NCBI GenBank assembly: GCA_036231405.1
Contig: JAZAHK010000003.1
Coordinates: forward strand, 32,001 to 96,000
Length of the DNA stretch: 64,000 nt
Source of the DNA: Nitrospinota bacterium
Lineage (GTDB): Bacteria; UBA8248
Reading direction: 5' to 3'
In this document: positions 22,297-30,658 of the stretch, piece after piece
Position numbering within the stretch: position 1 is the first letter of the stretch
Layout: the number at the start of each line of letters is the position of its first letter
Made by a program: the position numbers and the translations under genes
The notes under the pieces: generated by a model
What the model was told of the DNA's origin: nothing
The model's input: the letters and a program-made list of their open reading frames with translations, nothing else
Databases searched by the model: none

Positions 22297-23742
22297 TTAT
22301 ATTGAATAGGAATCTAAAAAATTACAAATCTTTTCGGTGGCAAGATCCGCACTGGCAACACAGTCGGCGATACCCACTCCTCTATACCCTTTTCCAGCAA
22401 AAAAAAGACCCGGAAATTCACTTAGAGTTTCTTCTAAACTTTCCAAACGTTCCAGATGACCAACCTTATATTTTGGGGTAGATTTATCATAGAAACTTAT
22501 ATCTATGCTCTGGGGTTCCCCTTCAATTTTTAAAATCATTCTCAATTCTTTGAGAACACTCTCAATAACGGAAACACTATTTTCTTTCAAGAACTTATTT
22601 GACTGCTTCTCTCTAACAAAAACTCTCAGAAGGGCATGCCCTTCAAGGGCTCTATTAGGAAACTTTATGCTAGAAAAGGAACATGCAAGAATTTGGCGAC
22701 CTTCTATATCTGGGACAACAAAACCCATTCCGTTTAAAGGATGCAAGATTTCTTCTCTATTAAAAACAAAATTGATCGTTGCTAAGGAACTAAAATCAAG
22801 TTCACTGAAGAAATTGGAAAATTTAGGAGAAATAGTCTGTATTAACTTTGATATCTTTGGATTAATGGCTGCAAAGCAAATTGAATCCACTTGAAAAACC
22901 TCATTACCATTAATCCCTATATCCCAGCCAACTGTCGTTCTTTCAACAGAAGTAAGTTCATTCTTCAGACGTAAATCTACAAACTGCAAATTATCTTTGA
23001 GAGAATCAGTGAGAACTGCCATCCCCTTATCAAAACTCACAAAAAGACCATATCTCGCTCCGCTTATATTAGAGGATCCACCTGAATTATTATCCTTACT
23101 CAACATCGTTTTTCTCAAACCTAAGATTACACTCCTATACTTTTGTTCTAACTCTACGAATTGAGGCATTGTTGCTTTAAGGCTGAGTTCCTTTGGATCC
23201 GCGGAAAAAATACCTCCTATCATAGGTTGCGCTATTTTTTGTAACGCTTCATGCCCAAAGCGTCGAACTACAAAATCGTACAATGACTCGTCTTTATGAG
23301 TACTTTTTCTTGGAAGAACTAGATCGCACATCATCCTAATTTTCCCAAAAACACTTACTAAAGGACTTGCAAGAAAAGGAAGAATCCCAATAGGAGACAT
23401 TAGATAGAAACCTTTTGGAATCGGAGTAAGTTTGTCGCTCTGTAAAACAAAACTTCTTCTATGATTTGAACTTGTTCCAATGATACGATCTTGAATTTGT
23501 AAATCCTCACAAAGGGAGAGAACATTCGATTTAGAATTAAAAAAAGAATCTGGACCTTTCTCTAATATAAAACCATCCCTGTTTTCTGTCTCGATAGTGC
23601 CACCAAGTCGATCAGTAGATTCAATAAGGATTATGTCAGCAGATTTTTTAATACGTCTGAATTTTTCCTGCAATCTATAGGCTAGGGTTAATCCGGTAAC
23701 ACCACCGCCAACAATGAGCACTCTTTTCCTATCTGAATTCAA
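22297..23742 (-). CDS. hemY: HemY/CgoX-type (copro/proto)porphyrinogen oxidase
   Basis: GGGVTGL, RLGG, EKGPDSF, GFVVP and GVGIADC motifs; follows hemE-hemH. Confidence 0.92.
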   Translation of the reverse strand: MNSDRKRVLIVGGGVTGLTLAYRLQEKFRRIKKSADIILIESTDRLGGTIETENRDGFILEKGPDSFFNSKSNVLSLCEDLQIQDRIIGTSSNHRRSFVLQSDKLTPIPKGFYLMSPIGILPFLASPLVSVFGKIRMMCDLVLPRKSTHKDESLYDFVVRRFGHEALQKIAQPMIGGIFSADPKELSLKATMPQFVELEQKYRSVILGLRKTMLSKDNNSGGSSNISGARYGLFVSFDKGMAVLTDSLKDNLQFVDLRLKNELTSVERTTVGWDIGINGNEVFQVDSICFAAINPKISKLIQTISPKFSNFFSELDFSSLATINFVFNREEILHPLNGMGFVVPDIEGRQILACSFSSIKFPNRALEGHALLRVFVREKQSNKFLKENSVSVIESVLKELRMILKIEGEPQSIDISFYDKSTPKYKVGHLERLESLEETLSEFPGLFFAGKGYRGVGIADCVASADLATEKICNFLDSYSI

Positions 23743-23744
23743 AT

Positions 23745-24707
23745 CTATCTCCCTGAAATAAAACCTGAAACAGTGCCTGCAAGCATATGAATGAAACGAG
23801 GATGGGTGCCTACGGTAGGAACACGAAAATATTTAAGTCCGAGAGATTCAGCATACGCTTTAGATTCAAAATCTAAATCATACAAAACCTCCACATGATC
23901 ACAGATAAATCCAACCGGAACAACAACGATATTTTTGATATCAGTTCGTGCATTTCCTTCTATCAAATCTAGAATATCGGGTTCTAACCAAGTGCCAGGT
24001 GGGACATTGGGGCTCGACTGAAAAGCTACTCCATAAGTTTCAATTTTCAAAACTTTCGCTATTTCACTCGCAGTTTTTTTAACATCTTCTTCGTACGTTG
24101 AATCTTTCGCCATAGAAACAGGTATTGAATGTGCAGTAAAAATCAATTTAGAACATTCCTGATTTTCTTTCATAGAAAAATCAAACGTCTCCTTAGTCAA
24201 TTCAGACAATGCGCCTATATATCCAGGATTAGCGAACCAGTCCATAGGCATAAAATCTATTTCTACATTTTTCACCCCTAGTTCTTCCTTCGCCTTCTTC
24301 ACTTCATTTAAGTAAGCATCCCAACTTATCTTCGTCTTGTGGGGTGCTAAAACTATACCTACAGAACGCTGATAACCGTTCTGTGCCATTTCCAAAAGTG
24401 TATCCTTAACAAATGGATTCCAAAACCTATACCCTGTAAAAACGGGTAATTCACACCCTTTTTCACGAAGAGATAATTCCAAGGCTCCTGCTTGTTTTTG
24501 GGAGTAAAAAACAAAAGGCGAAACTCCGTTAAAATGCTTGTAATGCTCCGAGACCTCCTCTATCCTATCTCTGTCTCCTGATCGATTCCCGACAATATTC
24601 TCCACATAACAGAAAGCTTCGCCAGGACATTCTTCATACCTAAGACAACATCCCTTCGTAGGCCCCCCGAAACCGATCAAGAAAACAGAATCATATTTTT
24701 GAGTCAT
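23745..24707 (-). CDS. hemH: Ferrochelatase (HemH/CpfC) with an N-terminal Cys-rich insertion
   Basis: FTAHSIP, FQS..WLEPD and GFICDHVEVLYDLD motifs; ATG overlaps the hemE stop (TAATG). Confidence 0.93.
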   Translation of the reverse strand: MTQKYDSVFLIGFGGPTKGCCLRYEECPGEAFCYVENIVGNRSGDRDRIEEVSEHYKHFNGVSPFVFYSQKQAGALELSLREKGCELPVFTGYRFWNPFVKDTLLEMAQNGYQRSVGIVLAPHKTKISWDAYLNEVKKAKEELGVKNVEIDFMPMDWFANPGYIGALSELTKETFDFSMKENQECSKLIFTAHSIPVSMAKDSTYEEDVKKTASEIAKVLKIETYGVAFQSSPNVPPGTWLEPDILDLIEGNARTDIKNIVVVPVGFICDHVEVLYDLDFESKAYAESLGLKYFRVPTVGTHPRFIHMLAGTVSGFISGR

Positions 24708-25777
24708 TAATTTCTCACTCTCCATTCATGAACAAAATCTACCAGAAATTTGACATTATCTTCGGGGGTTTCTGGAAGAACTCCATGTCCAAGGTTAAAA
24801 ATGTGACCTGGATGCATATTCACTGCCTGTAAAATTTCACCAGCTTTCTTAGCTATCAATTTTCTATCAGATAATAAAACACACGGATCTAGATTTCCTT
24901 GAACCGAAACCTTGCCAAGTCTATTCCATGCGTCCATTAAATCCACCCTAAAATCAAGTCCAATAACATCTCCTCCTGCCTCCTTCATGTCTTCTAGGAA
25001 AACAGAGGTACCTGTGCCGAAATGAATAATCGGGACTCTTCCTCCAATGGAATTCAAAAGAGACTTCATATGAGGCATGACATACTCACGATAATCTGAC
25101 CTTGACAAACAACCAACCCAACTATCAAAAATCTGCAAGGCTTGCGCACCTGCATCAATTTGACTCGAAAGATATCCACTTAATGGTTTTACAAAATTTT
25201 CCATAAGTCTATCCCAAGCATTTTTCTCTTTATACATAAAACGTTTCGTCTTTAGAAAATTCTTTGACCCACCGCCTTCTATCAAATAAGAAGCAAGAGT
25301 AAAGGGAGCACCCGAAAAGCCAATCAAGGGTATAGTTTTATCAAGTTCAGAACGAACTTTCTTTATAGCATCAAAAACATAAAACAACTCAGACATGACA
25401 TTAAAATCTAACAAAGAATCGACGTCCTTAGGTTCTTGAATCGGATTGTGTATCCGAGGACCAAGGCCTTCATCATACTCAATCTGAAATCCCATTGGCT
25501 GTAAAATTAATAGGATATCGGAGAAAATTATTGCAGCATCCACTCCAATTTTTCTTGCTGCCGTAACGGTAACCTCACAGGCAAGATCAGAGTTTTTACA
25601 CAAATCAATAAAAGGGACTTTCGCCCTTAGATCACGATACTCCTTCATATATCTACCAGCCTGACGCATTAACCAAATCGGTGTAAAATCTGTTTTTAAT
25701 CCTTTGCAGGCAGTAAGAAAGCATGACTCTTTCAAAATATCTGAATCTTCCTTTTTAATATCAACTTTTTCTTCCAT
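24707..25777 (-). CDS. hemE: Uroporphyrinogen decarboxylase
   Basis: PIWLMRQAGRY, FSDIL, QGNLDP and FNLGHGV motifs. Confidence 0.97.
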   Translation of the reverse strand: MEEKVDIKKEDSDILKESCFLTACKGLKTDFTPIWLMRQAGRYMKEYRDLRAKVPFIDLCKNSDLACEVTVTAARKIGVDAAIIFSDILLILQPMGFQIEYDEGLGPRIHNPIQEPKDVDSLLDFNVMSELFYVFDAIKKVRSELDKTIPLIGFSGAPFTLASYLIEGGGSKNFLKTKRFMYKEKNAWDRLMENFVKPLSGYLSSQIDAGAQALQIFDSWVGCLSRSDYREYVMPHMKSLLNSIGGRVPIIHFGTGTSVFLEDMKEAGGDVIGLDFRVDLMDAWNRLGKVSVQGNLDPCVLLSDRKLIAKKAGEILQAVNMHPGHIFNLGHGVLPETPEDNVKFLVDFVHEWRVRN

Positions 25778-25934
25778 GGCGATTCATTAACCTTTTACAA
25801 AAGATTTTTAAAAATTTTCTACCATAGGAAACGAAGAATAACATAGACTTTAAATTTTACGTAAATTGATTTATAAGTGTGCTGGACATTTCATAGAACC
25901 TTAATGTAATAGTTGTCTTTAAATTAATTTCCTA

Positions 25935-26008
25935 GGCGCCATGGCCAAGTGGTAAGGCAGGGGACTGCAAATCCCCGATCCCCAGTTCAAATCTGGGTGG
26001 CGCCTCCA
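25935..26008 (+). tRNA. tRNA-Cys (GCA)
   Basis: Cloverleaf: acceptor GGCGCCA/TGGCGCC, anticodon arm GGGGA-CTGCAAA-TCCCC, T arm CCCAG-TTCAAAT-CTGGG, encoded CCA. Confidence 0.97.
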
Positions 26009-26085
26009 AAGGAAACCCTTCTAAAATCAACACTTTACACGATTTTTTGCTCTCAAAAAAAACGTCAAAAATGACCATTTTATAC

Positions 26086-26128
26086 TGATGTAGGAGTGAT
26101 GTAGTTTGTATTACAGGATCTGATGTAG
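26086..26128 (+). repeat. TGATGTAG x3 (putative integrase arm-type sites)
   Basis: Boxes at 26086, 26097 and 26121; 26097-26128 matches 29431-29462 at 31/32 nt. Confidence 0.75.
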
Positions 26129-26189
26129 TTTTTATTTCATTATTTACACATAAAAAAATACAAATAGTATCAATAGTATGTAATTAGTT

Positions 26190-26669
26190 TGTAACTTCCA
26201 GGACTATAGATTCTTAATGATATTAAATATTACAAAGTTATAAATAGTAAAAACTATTACAAAAGGAATTGCTATCATCCATTTAAACGGAACTTTTCCG
26301 ACGGGGAGTTCTGAATTTGCTTTTTTACCCAAATATATATTTACTGGAATTTGAATAATTGGAAGGAAGGAAATTATAGCGCATATAACTGCCTTATTAA
26401 GTTTCCCATATCCTGCATAATAAACTGAACCAAATAAAAATGCTATCCAATTGAATTTGATATTAACTTTTTCTTGATTTTCTTCCATATAATTCTCCCG
26501 TTAAAAGTTTATAATAAAGTTGCTCTCGATTACCGTGCGTTATTTTGATTCCCTGCGTTTATTCCCATTGTCAACTGACCCTTTAGTCAACTCACTCCGA
26601 CTCAATAGTATAACTTCTATAAGTTATTGAAAAAGAATTTATGTAGTATGTAACTTCCAAGACTATAGA
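26190..26669. repeat. 21-bp direct repeat TGTAACTTCCARGACTATAGA bracketing one gene
   Basis: Copies at 26190-26210 and 26649-26669, 20/21 identical. Confidence 0.8.
26204..26488 (-). CDS. Small membrane protein, DUF2628-like
   Basis: FNWIAFLFG..YY motif, about 3 TM segments, SD GGGAGA. Confidence 0.7.
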   Translation of the reverse strand: MEENQEKVNIKFNWIAFLFGSVYYAGYGKLNKAVICAIISFLPIIQIPVNIYLGKKANSELPVGKVPFKWMIAIPFVIVFTIYNFVIFNIIKNL

Positions 26670-26679
26670 AAATCAATAC

Positions 26680-29334
26680 TTAACTAACGGTGTTTCTTGA
26701 GAACTTTTGTGAACACCAGTCTAGTGACCGGGAGGTAATTCGTTCTGTTGGTTGTAACATCATACCTAAAATAACCTTAGAAACTAAGGTGAAAACCGGG
26801 ACCCCGCCGCTAATTTCTAAAATTAGTGGATCGAGTATCAGGTTCACGTATTCAAATATGATTATGATAACAACAAAGGTCAGTGCGGTTGCTAATTTCT
26901 CTACTCGTGTATTTTGTTTTACCAGAACCGTAAAAAATAAAAGGACAAGAAAAAACAGAACCTCAGCAACGTAGAAGTAGGTCGATTGCCACCAAGGGGG
27001 GTTAATTTCAAAACTGTAATTGGATGGTGCCAATTCTTGCCCGCGTGAATTTATTCCCTCGATTATTAGAGTATATTTTTTTGGCGGCAAATTCGTATAC
27101 GTCACCTCTCTACTGTCAGTATATTCTGAAAAGCGCTTGTCAAAATTATCTAACTTGTAGCGGTATTTATTTTCATCTGTATTTAAGTAGTCAGGCATGG
27201 AAATTTTAAAACTAAAGTCATTTTGGGAGTAACCAAATGTTGATTTGATGGCAAATATTTGTCCCTGTATATCGCTCTCGGGACCGCCATCGTATATTTT
27301 GACCTTATTGACAGAAATTTTCCTTAACAAACTTTTTGCTCTAGTACTTATTGCCTGAGTGTCCCGTGGAATAAGCAAAATTCCTGCTGTGCCTGTAAGA
27401 AAGACCCTATTTCCAAATGCAAAAAGTTTGATCCTTGAAAATTTGCTTAAGACCTCGTTATCTAAATAAAGTTTTTGGAAACTGAAATCGCTATCAAATT
27501 TGTATAAAGACACAGACCATTTATTGGCACGAATCTCGGAGAATACTGCAAATTTGGTGTTATCAGGAAGTTGGATAAGCGCTTCTAAAAGTTTGTTTTT
27601 AGAGTTGGGTAGTTTTGAAAAGCGTTGGTCGAATTGAAATTTATTTTTAGTTCGGTTGAATCTATAAATTCCTTTCATAGTTCCTAACACAAACTCATCA
27701 TTAAACTTAAAAAATTTCATATATCTATAGGATTTACTAGGTAATCCGTCTGCATGTGTGTACTTATTAAAAACGTAACTATCTTTATTCCGTTTTGAAT
27801 CAGAAAACTTAATTCTGTATATCCCTTTAAATAACTCTCGTACCCAAACTTCTTCCGATGAAGTATCTTCAAACAATCCTTCCCAAACTGATTTGAGCGG
27901 TAATTTCGGGAATCTGGTTAATTCATCTGGTTTTTCTAAATTCAAAAGTCCTAATCCTTTGCTTCCACCAACATAGGCATGATTTTTAAAAACCTCGCTT
28001 TTGATCATGGTGTAAATAGCGCCAGTACTTTTGCTGTCTAATATTTGTTCATAATTATTTTCAATGTCTAACGCACTTATTCCCCATCTAGAACCGATAA
28101 AAAGTCTTTTGTTATCGAAGTTAACCATACTCCAGGTTTGCGCTTTCAGTTCGTCACTTGCGACGGGGACAAATATCTGACGAAGGGAAGCGTGACTTAT
28201 TTCTGATTCGCGGATCCCTGTTGATGTTGCGACGTACAACTTGCCATTAAATTGCTCGAGATAGTTAACAATTGAATTTAATTGAGCATATTTCTTATCA
28301 AATGAATGGACCCCATATCTAAAGTTAACCCTACTTATGCCGTCATTAAGACCCAACCAAATATTACCTTGGTAATCCTCATGTAAACTGCGGACAAAAT
28401 TATCCTGGAGACCGGTGTCTGTGCCAATATGGTTCTTAAGTCGTATTTTTTGGTCAAATACAAATAATCCGTCAGTGGAACCAATTGCATATCGACCATC
28501 TTGGAGTTCGATGCCGGTAAAGACCGTTGTTTCATTAAACAATTTATTCGGAATATCAAATTTTGATAATTTCCCTTGTATGAGACTAAAAATTCCTGAT
28601 TGTCTGGTAACGAGTATTAATCCTTTTTGGTTTTTGAAAACGCTAATGACGCTTTGTTTTTTTGTTTTAAAATATTCGGTTCCACCTACTGGCAATAATT
28701 CTCTATCTTTATATAAAAATAAACCGTGCCCTCTTTTTGATAAATAAATATCGTTTCCAATCTTATTTACCCGCTCGTATTTACTTTTTTTACTGATTGT
28801 TTCGATTTTTCCATTTTCGTAGACATTCAAGTAAGAAAAAGTGGGAATTAAATACCTATTGTTTCCAGATAATTGCTTTATTCCTTTAGGGGAGGATTTA
28901 GGCATTTTCCCGAGTTTTTCGAATTGATACCCTCCAGTCTTGCTGAAAGTAAGTTGACCAAAATGGCGCGAAAAACCAACAAGTATATTGTTCTTATCAC
29001 TTCTTGAGACCGACCTAACAACGGGTCGTTCATCTAAAACAATTGTTCTCCAAACTGAACCGTCATAAATTAAAATTCCACCAGTGTTTGCAAAATATAA
29101 AACCCCTTGTTCATCTTGAGTTATCTCCCAAGTTGCGCGAACCCCGCCATGAACTTCTGACGGAAAATTTTCAATTTCATATGTTGGGTATTGAACTAAT
29201 TGAGCAAAGACCTGTTGAGAAAAAAAGAGATTTAGAAATAGAAGAATAATTAAGGAAAAAAACTTATTGGATTTGCAATTTCTTCTTCCAAACTCTATAA
29301 GCACGGCAATCGTCAGATAGATAGTGGCAGTCAA
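26680..29334 (-). CDS. Exported beta-propeller + Y_Y_Y (triple-Tyr) sensor-like protein ending in TM helices, with no cytoplasmic output domain; start uncertain
   Basis: Reg_prop-like repeats (GLQDNFVRSLHEDYQGNIWLG), YRYKL..FD...YTNLPPKKYT and PPWWQ, then about 3 TM helices. Confidence 0.8.
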   Translation of the reverse strand: MTATIYLTIAVLIEFGRRNCKSNKFFSLIILLFLNLFFSQQVFAQLVQYPTYEIENFPSEVHGGVRATWEITQDEQGVLYFANTGGILIYDGSVWRTIVLDERPVVRSVSRSDKNNILVGFSRHFGQLTFSKTGGYQFEKLGKMPKSSPKGIKQLSGNNRYLIPTFSYLNVYENGKIETISKKSKYERVNKIGNDIYLSKRGHGLFLYKDRELLPVGGTEYFKTKKQSVISVFKNQKGLILVTRQSGIFSLIQGKLSKFDIPNKLFNETTVFTGIELQDGRYAIGSTDGLFVFDQKIRLKNHIGTDTGLQDNFVRSLHEDYQGNIWLGLNDGISRVNFRYGVHSFDKKYAQLNSIVNYLEQFNGKLYVATSTGIRESEISHASLRQIFVPVASDELKAQTWSMVNFDNKRLFIGSRWGISALDIENNYEQILDSKSTGAIYTMIKSEVFKNHAYVGGSKGLGLLNLEKPDELTRFPKLPLKSVWEGLFEDTSSEEVWVRELFKGIYRIKFSDSKRNKDSYVFNKYTHADGLPSKSYRYMKFFKFNDEFVLGTMKGIYRFNRTKNKFQFDQRFSKLPNSKNKLLEALIQLPDNTKFAVFSEIRANKWSVSLYKFDSDFSFQKLYLDNEVLSKFSRIKLFAFGNRVFLTGTAGILLIPRDTQAISTRAKSLLRKISVNKVKIYDGGPESDIQGQIFAIKSTFGYSQNDFSFKISMPDYLNTDENKYRYKLDNFDKRFSEYTDSREVTYTNLPPKKYTLIIEGINSRGQELAPSNYSFEINPPWWQSTYFYVAEVLFFLVLLFFTVLVKQNTRVEKLATALTFVVIIIIFEYVNLILDPLILEISGGVPVFTLVSKVILGMMLQPTERITSRSLDWCSQKFSRNTVS

Positions 29335-29430
29335 TTTTTCATACTCAAAGAGTGCATGGTGGGAATCCTTTGTGAAATGATTTTTCTATATTCTAGCAGA
29401 TGTTTTAGTGCATGACCAAATGCACGGATC

Positions 29431-29462
29431 TGATGTAGTCTGTATTACAGGATCTGATGTAG
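29431..29462 (+). repeat. TGATGTAG x2 right-arm block
   Basis: TGATGTAGTCTGTATTACAGGATCTGATGTAG, 80 nt before the tRNA fragment. Confidence 0.75.
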
Positions 29463-29541
29463 GTGCTTTTAAAAATGCAAAAAAATACAATAAAATAGAT
29501 TATTCAACACTTTACAGAGGGTCGATTTTCGATGTCGGAGT

Positions 29542-29588
29542 CTGCAAATCCCCGATCCCCAGTTCAAATCTGGGTGGCGCCTCCAAAG
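29542..29588 (+). repeat. tRNA-Cys 3'-half duplicate (att core)
   Basis: Identical to 25965-26011; lacks the tRNA 5' half. Confidence 0.95.
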
Positions 29589-29776
29589 AACCCCTTCTAA
29601 AGCAACACTTTCAGCAAATCTGCAATTCTCCAAATAGTCATTTGACGACTGGTGCAGGAGTGATGCAGTTCAGATTATTTTGTGAAATTATTTTTTTAAT
29701 ATTCCATAATTTCTTTCGAATTTATTCATAATTACTTTGTAATATTTTCTCCTAACTGTTATAGGAGATACTCATT

Positions 29777-30526
29777 ATGAAGATACTTACGCTCTGTTTT
29801 GTTGTTCTTGTTCTCATGACCGATGCCTTTGCATTTAATCAAGACCACTTAAAGAAAGTCAAAAATCAAGAAGATTGTGAGAAGTGTGATTTGTCTGGTG
29901 CAAATCTACAGTTCATAAAAATGAATCATTTAGATTTGCGAGGAACCAACTTTTCTGGTGCAAGTTTTCTTTATACTGAAATGAGGGGTTCAAATCTGGA
30001 AGGTGCAGACTTTTCTAATGCTCAAGTGAATACAGTTCGTTTCCATAAAGCAAATCTGAAAAATGCAGTTTTTAGAGGTTCCATGATTTTCCGTTCCCAT
30101 TTTTATAAGGCAGATGTTAGAGGTGCAGATTTTAGTAATACGAATCTTGCAGAATCGGAGTTTGAGTATGCAAGAACGGATAATGCACTCTGGAAAAATG
30201 CAAAGTTTTGCAAGACAAGATTTACTAATGATTTAAAAAACGAAGGTTGCAGTGGAAGATACAGAATCGATCCAAGTGTATATCCAAAAGAAAAAACAGA
30301 AATGGATCGTCTGATAGACAAATGGGAAAAACTGTATGCAACTTGCAGAGGTGAATATGGAAAGGTGAGAGAGATTGCCTGTAATAAACTCTGGAATGTG
30401 CAAGATAAACTGCGAGGAATGAATCTCTGCAAAGGAAGATATAGTTGGTATAATCTTCCCGGTGCATTTATGTTGACGAGAAGAACTTGGTTACCATGCA
30501 GATATAAACGACTGGTCGATGAATAA
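29777..30526 (+). CDS. Secreted pentapeptide-repeat protein with a C-terminal 4-Cys domain
   Basis: Signal peptide ending AFA, CEKCDL, A(N/D)(L/F)xx repeats, SD AGGAGA. Confidence 0.88.
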   Translation: MKILTLCFVVLVLMTDAFAFNQDHLKKVKNQEDCEKCDLSGANLQFIKMNHLDLRGTNFSGASFLYTEMRGSNLEGADFSNAQVNTVRFHKANLKNAVFRGSMIFRSHFYKADVRGADFSNTNLAESEFEYARTDNALWKNAKFCKTRFTNDLKNEGCSGRYRIDPSVYPKEKTEMDRLIDKWEKLYATCRGEYGKVREIACNKLWNVQDKLRGMNLCKGRYSWYNLPGAFMLTRRTWLPCRYKRLVDE

Positions 30527-30658
30527 ACCTAGAATCCATCAAGAAAAATTTACAATGATTAAAATCATAGTTTTTGATACTATATTTAAGTGTTTTCAAT
30601 GAGGCATCAGATTTGGAGGTCTCAAGTCTTTCAGGCCAAATACAAGGACATAAATTTT

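Larger units (their letters stand above)
25965..29588. mobile_element. Integrase-less islet integrated at tRNA-Cys
   Basis: Exact 47-bp direct repeat (25965-26011 and 29542-29588) starting at the anticodon loop; arm-like boxes and IHF-like sites; two cargo genes. Confidence 0.85.

Noticed and set aside
26610-26627. loxP-like site (ATAACTTC...AAGTTAT)
   Set aside because: Too short, with no 13-8-13 structure; better explained as overlapping an IHF-like site
29521-29585. Second tRNA-Cys gene
   Set aside because: The 5' acceptor strand and D arm are absent; it is an att duplicate
26086-29668. CRISPR array or classical integron attC array
   Set aside because: Repeats are short and irregularly spaced, there is no cas or intI gene, and I found no convincing RYYYAAC...GTTRRRY attC hairpin
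29408-29731. 107-aa ORF across the att junction
   Set aside because: It runs through arm repeats and the tRNA fragment and has no SD or protein-like features; a chance ORF
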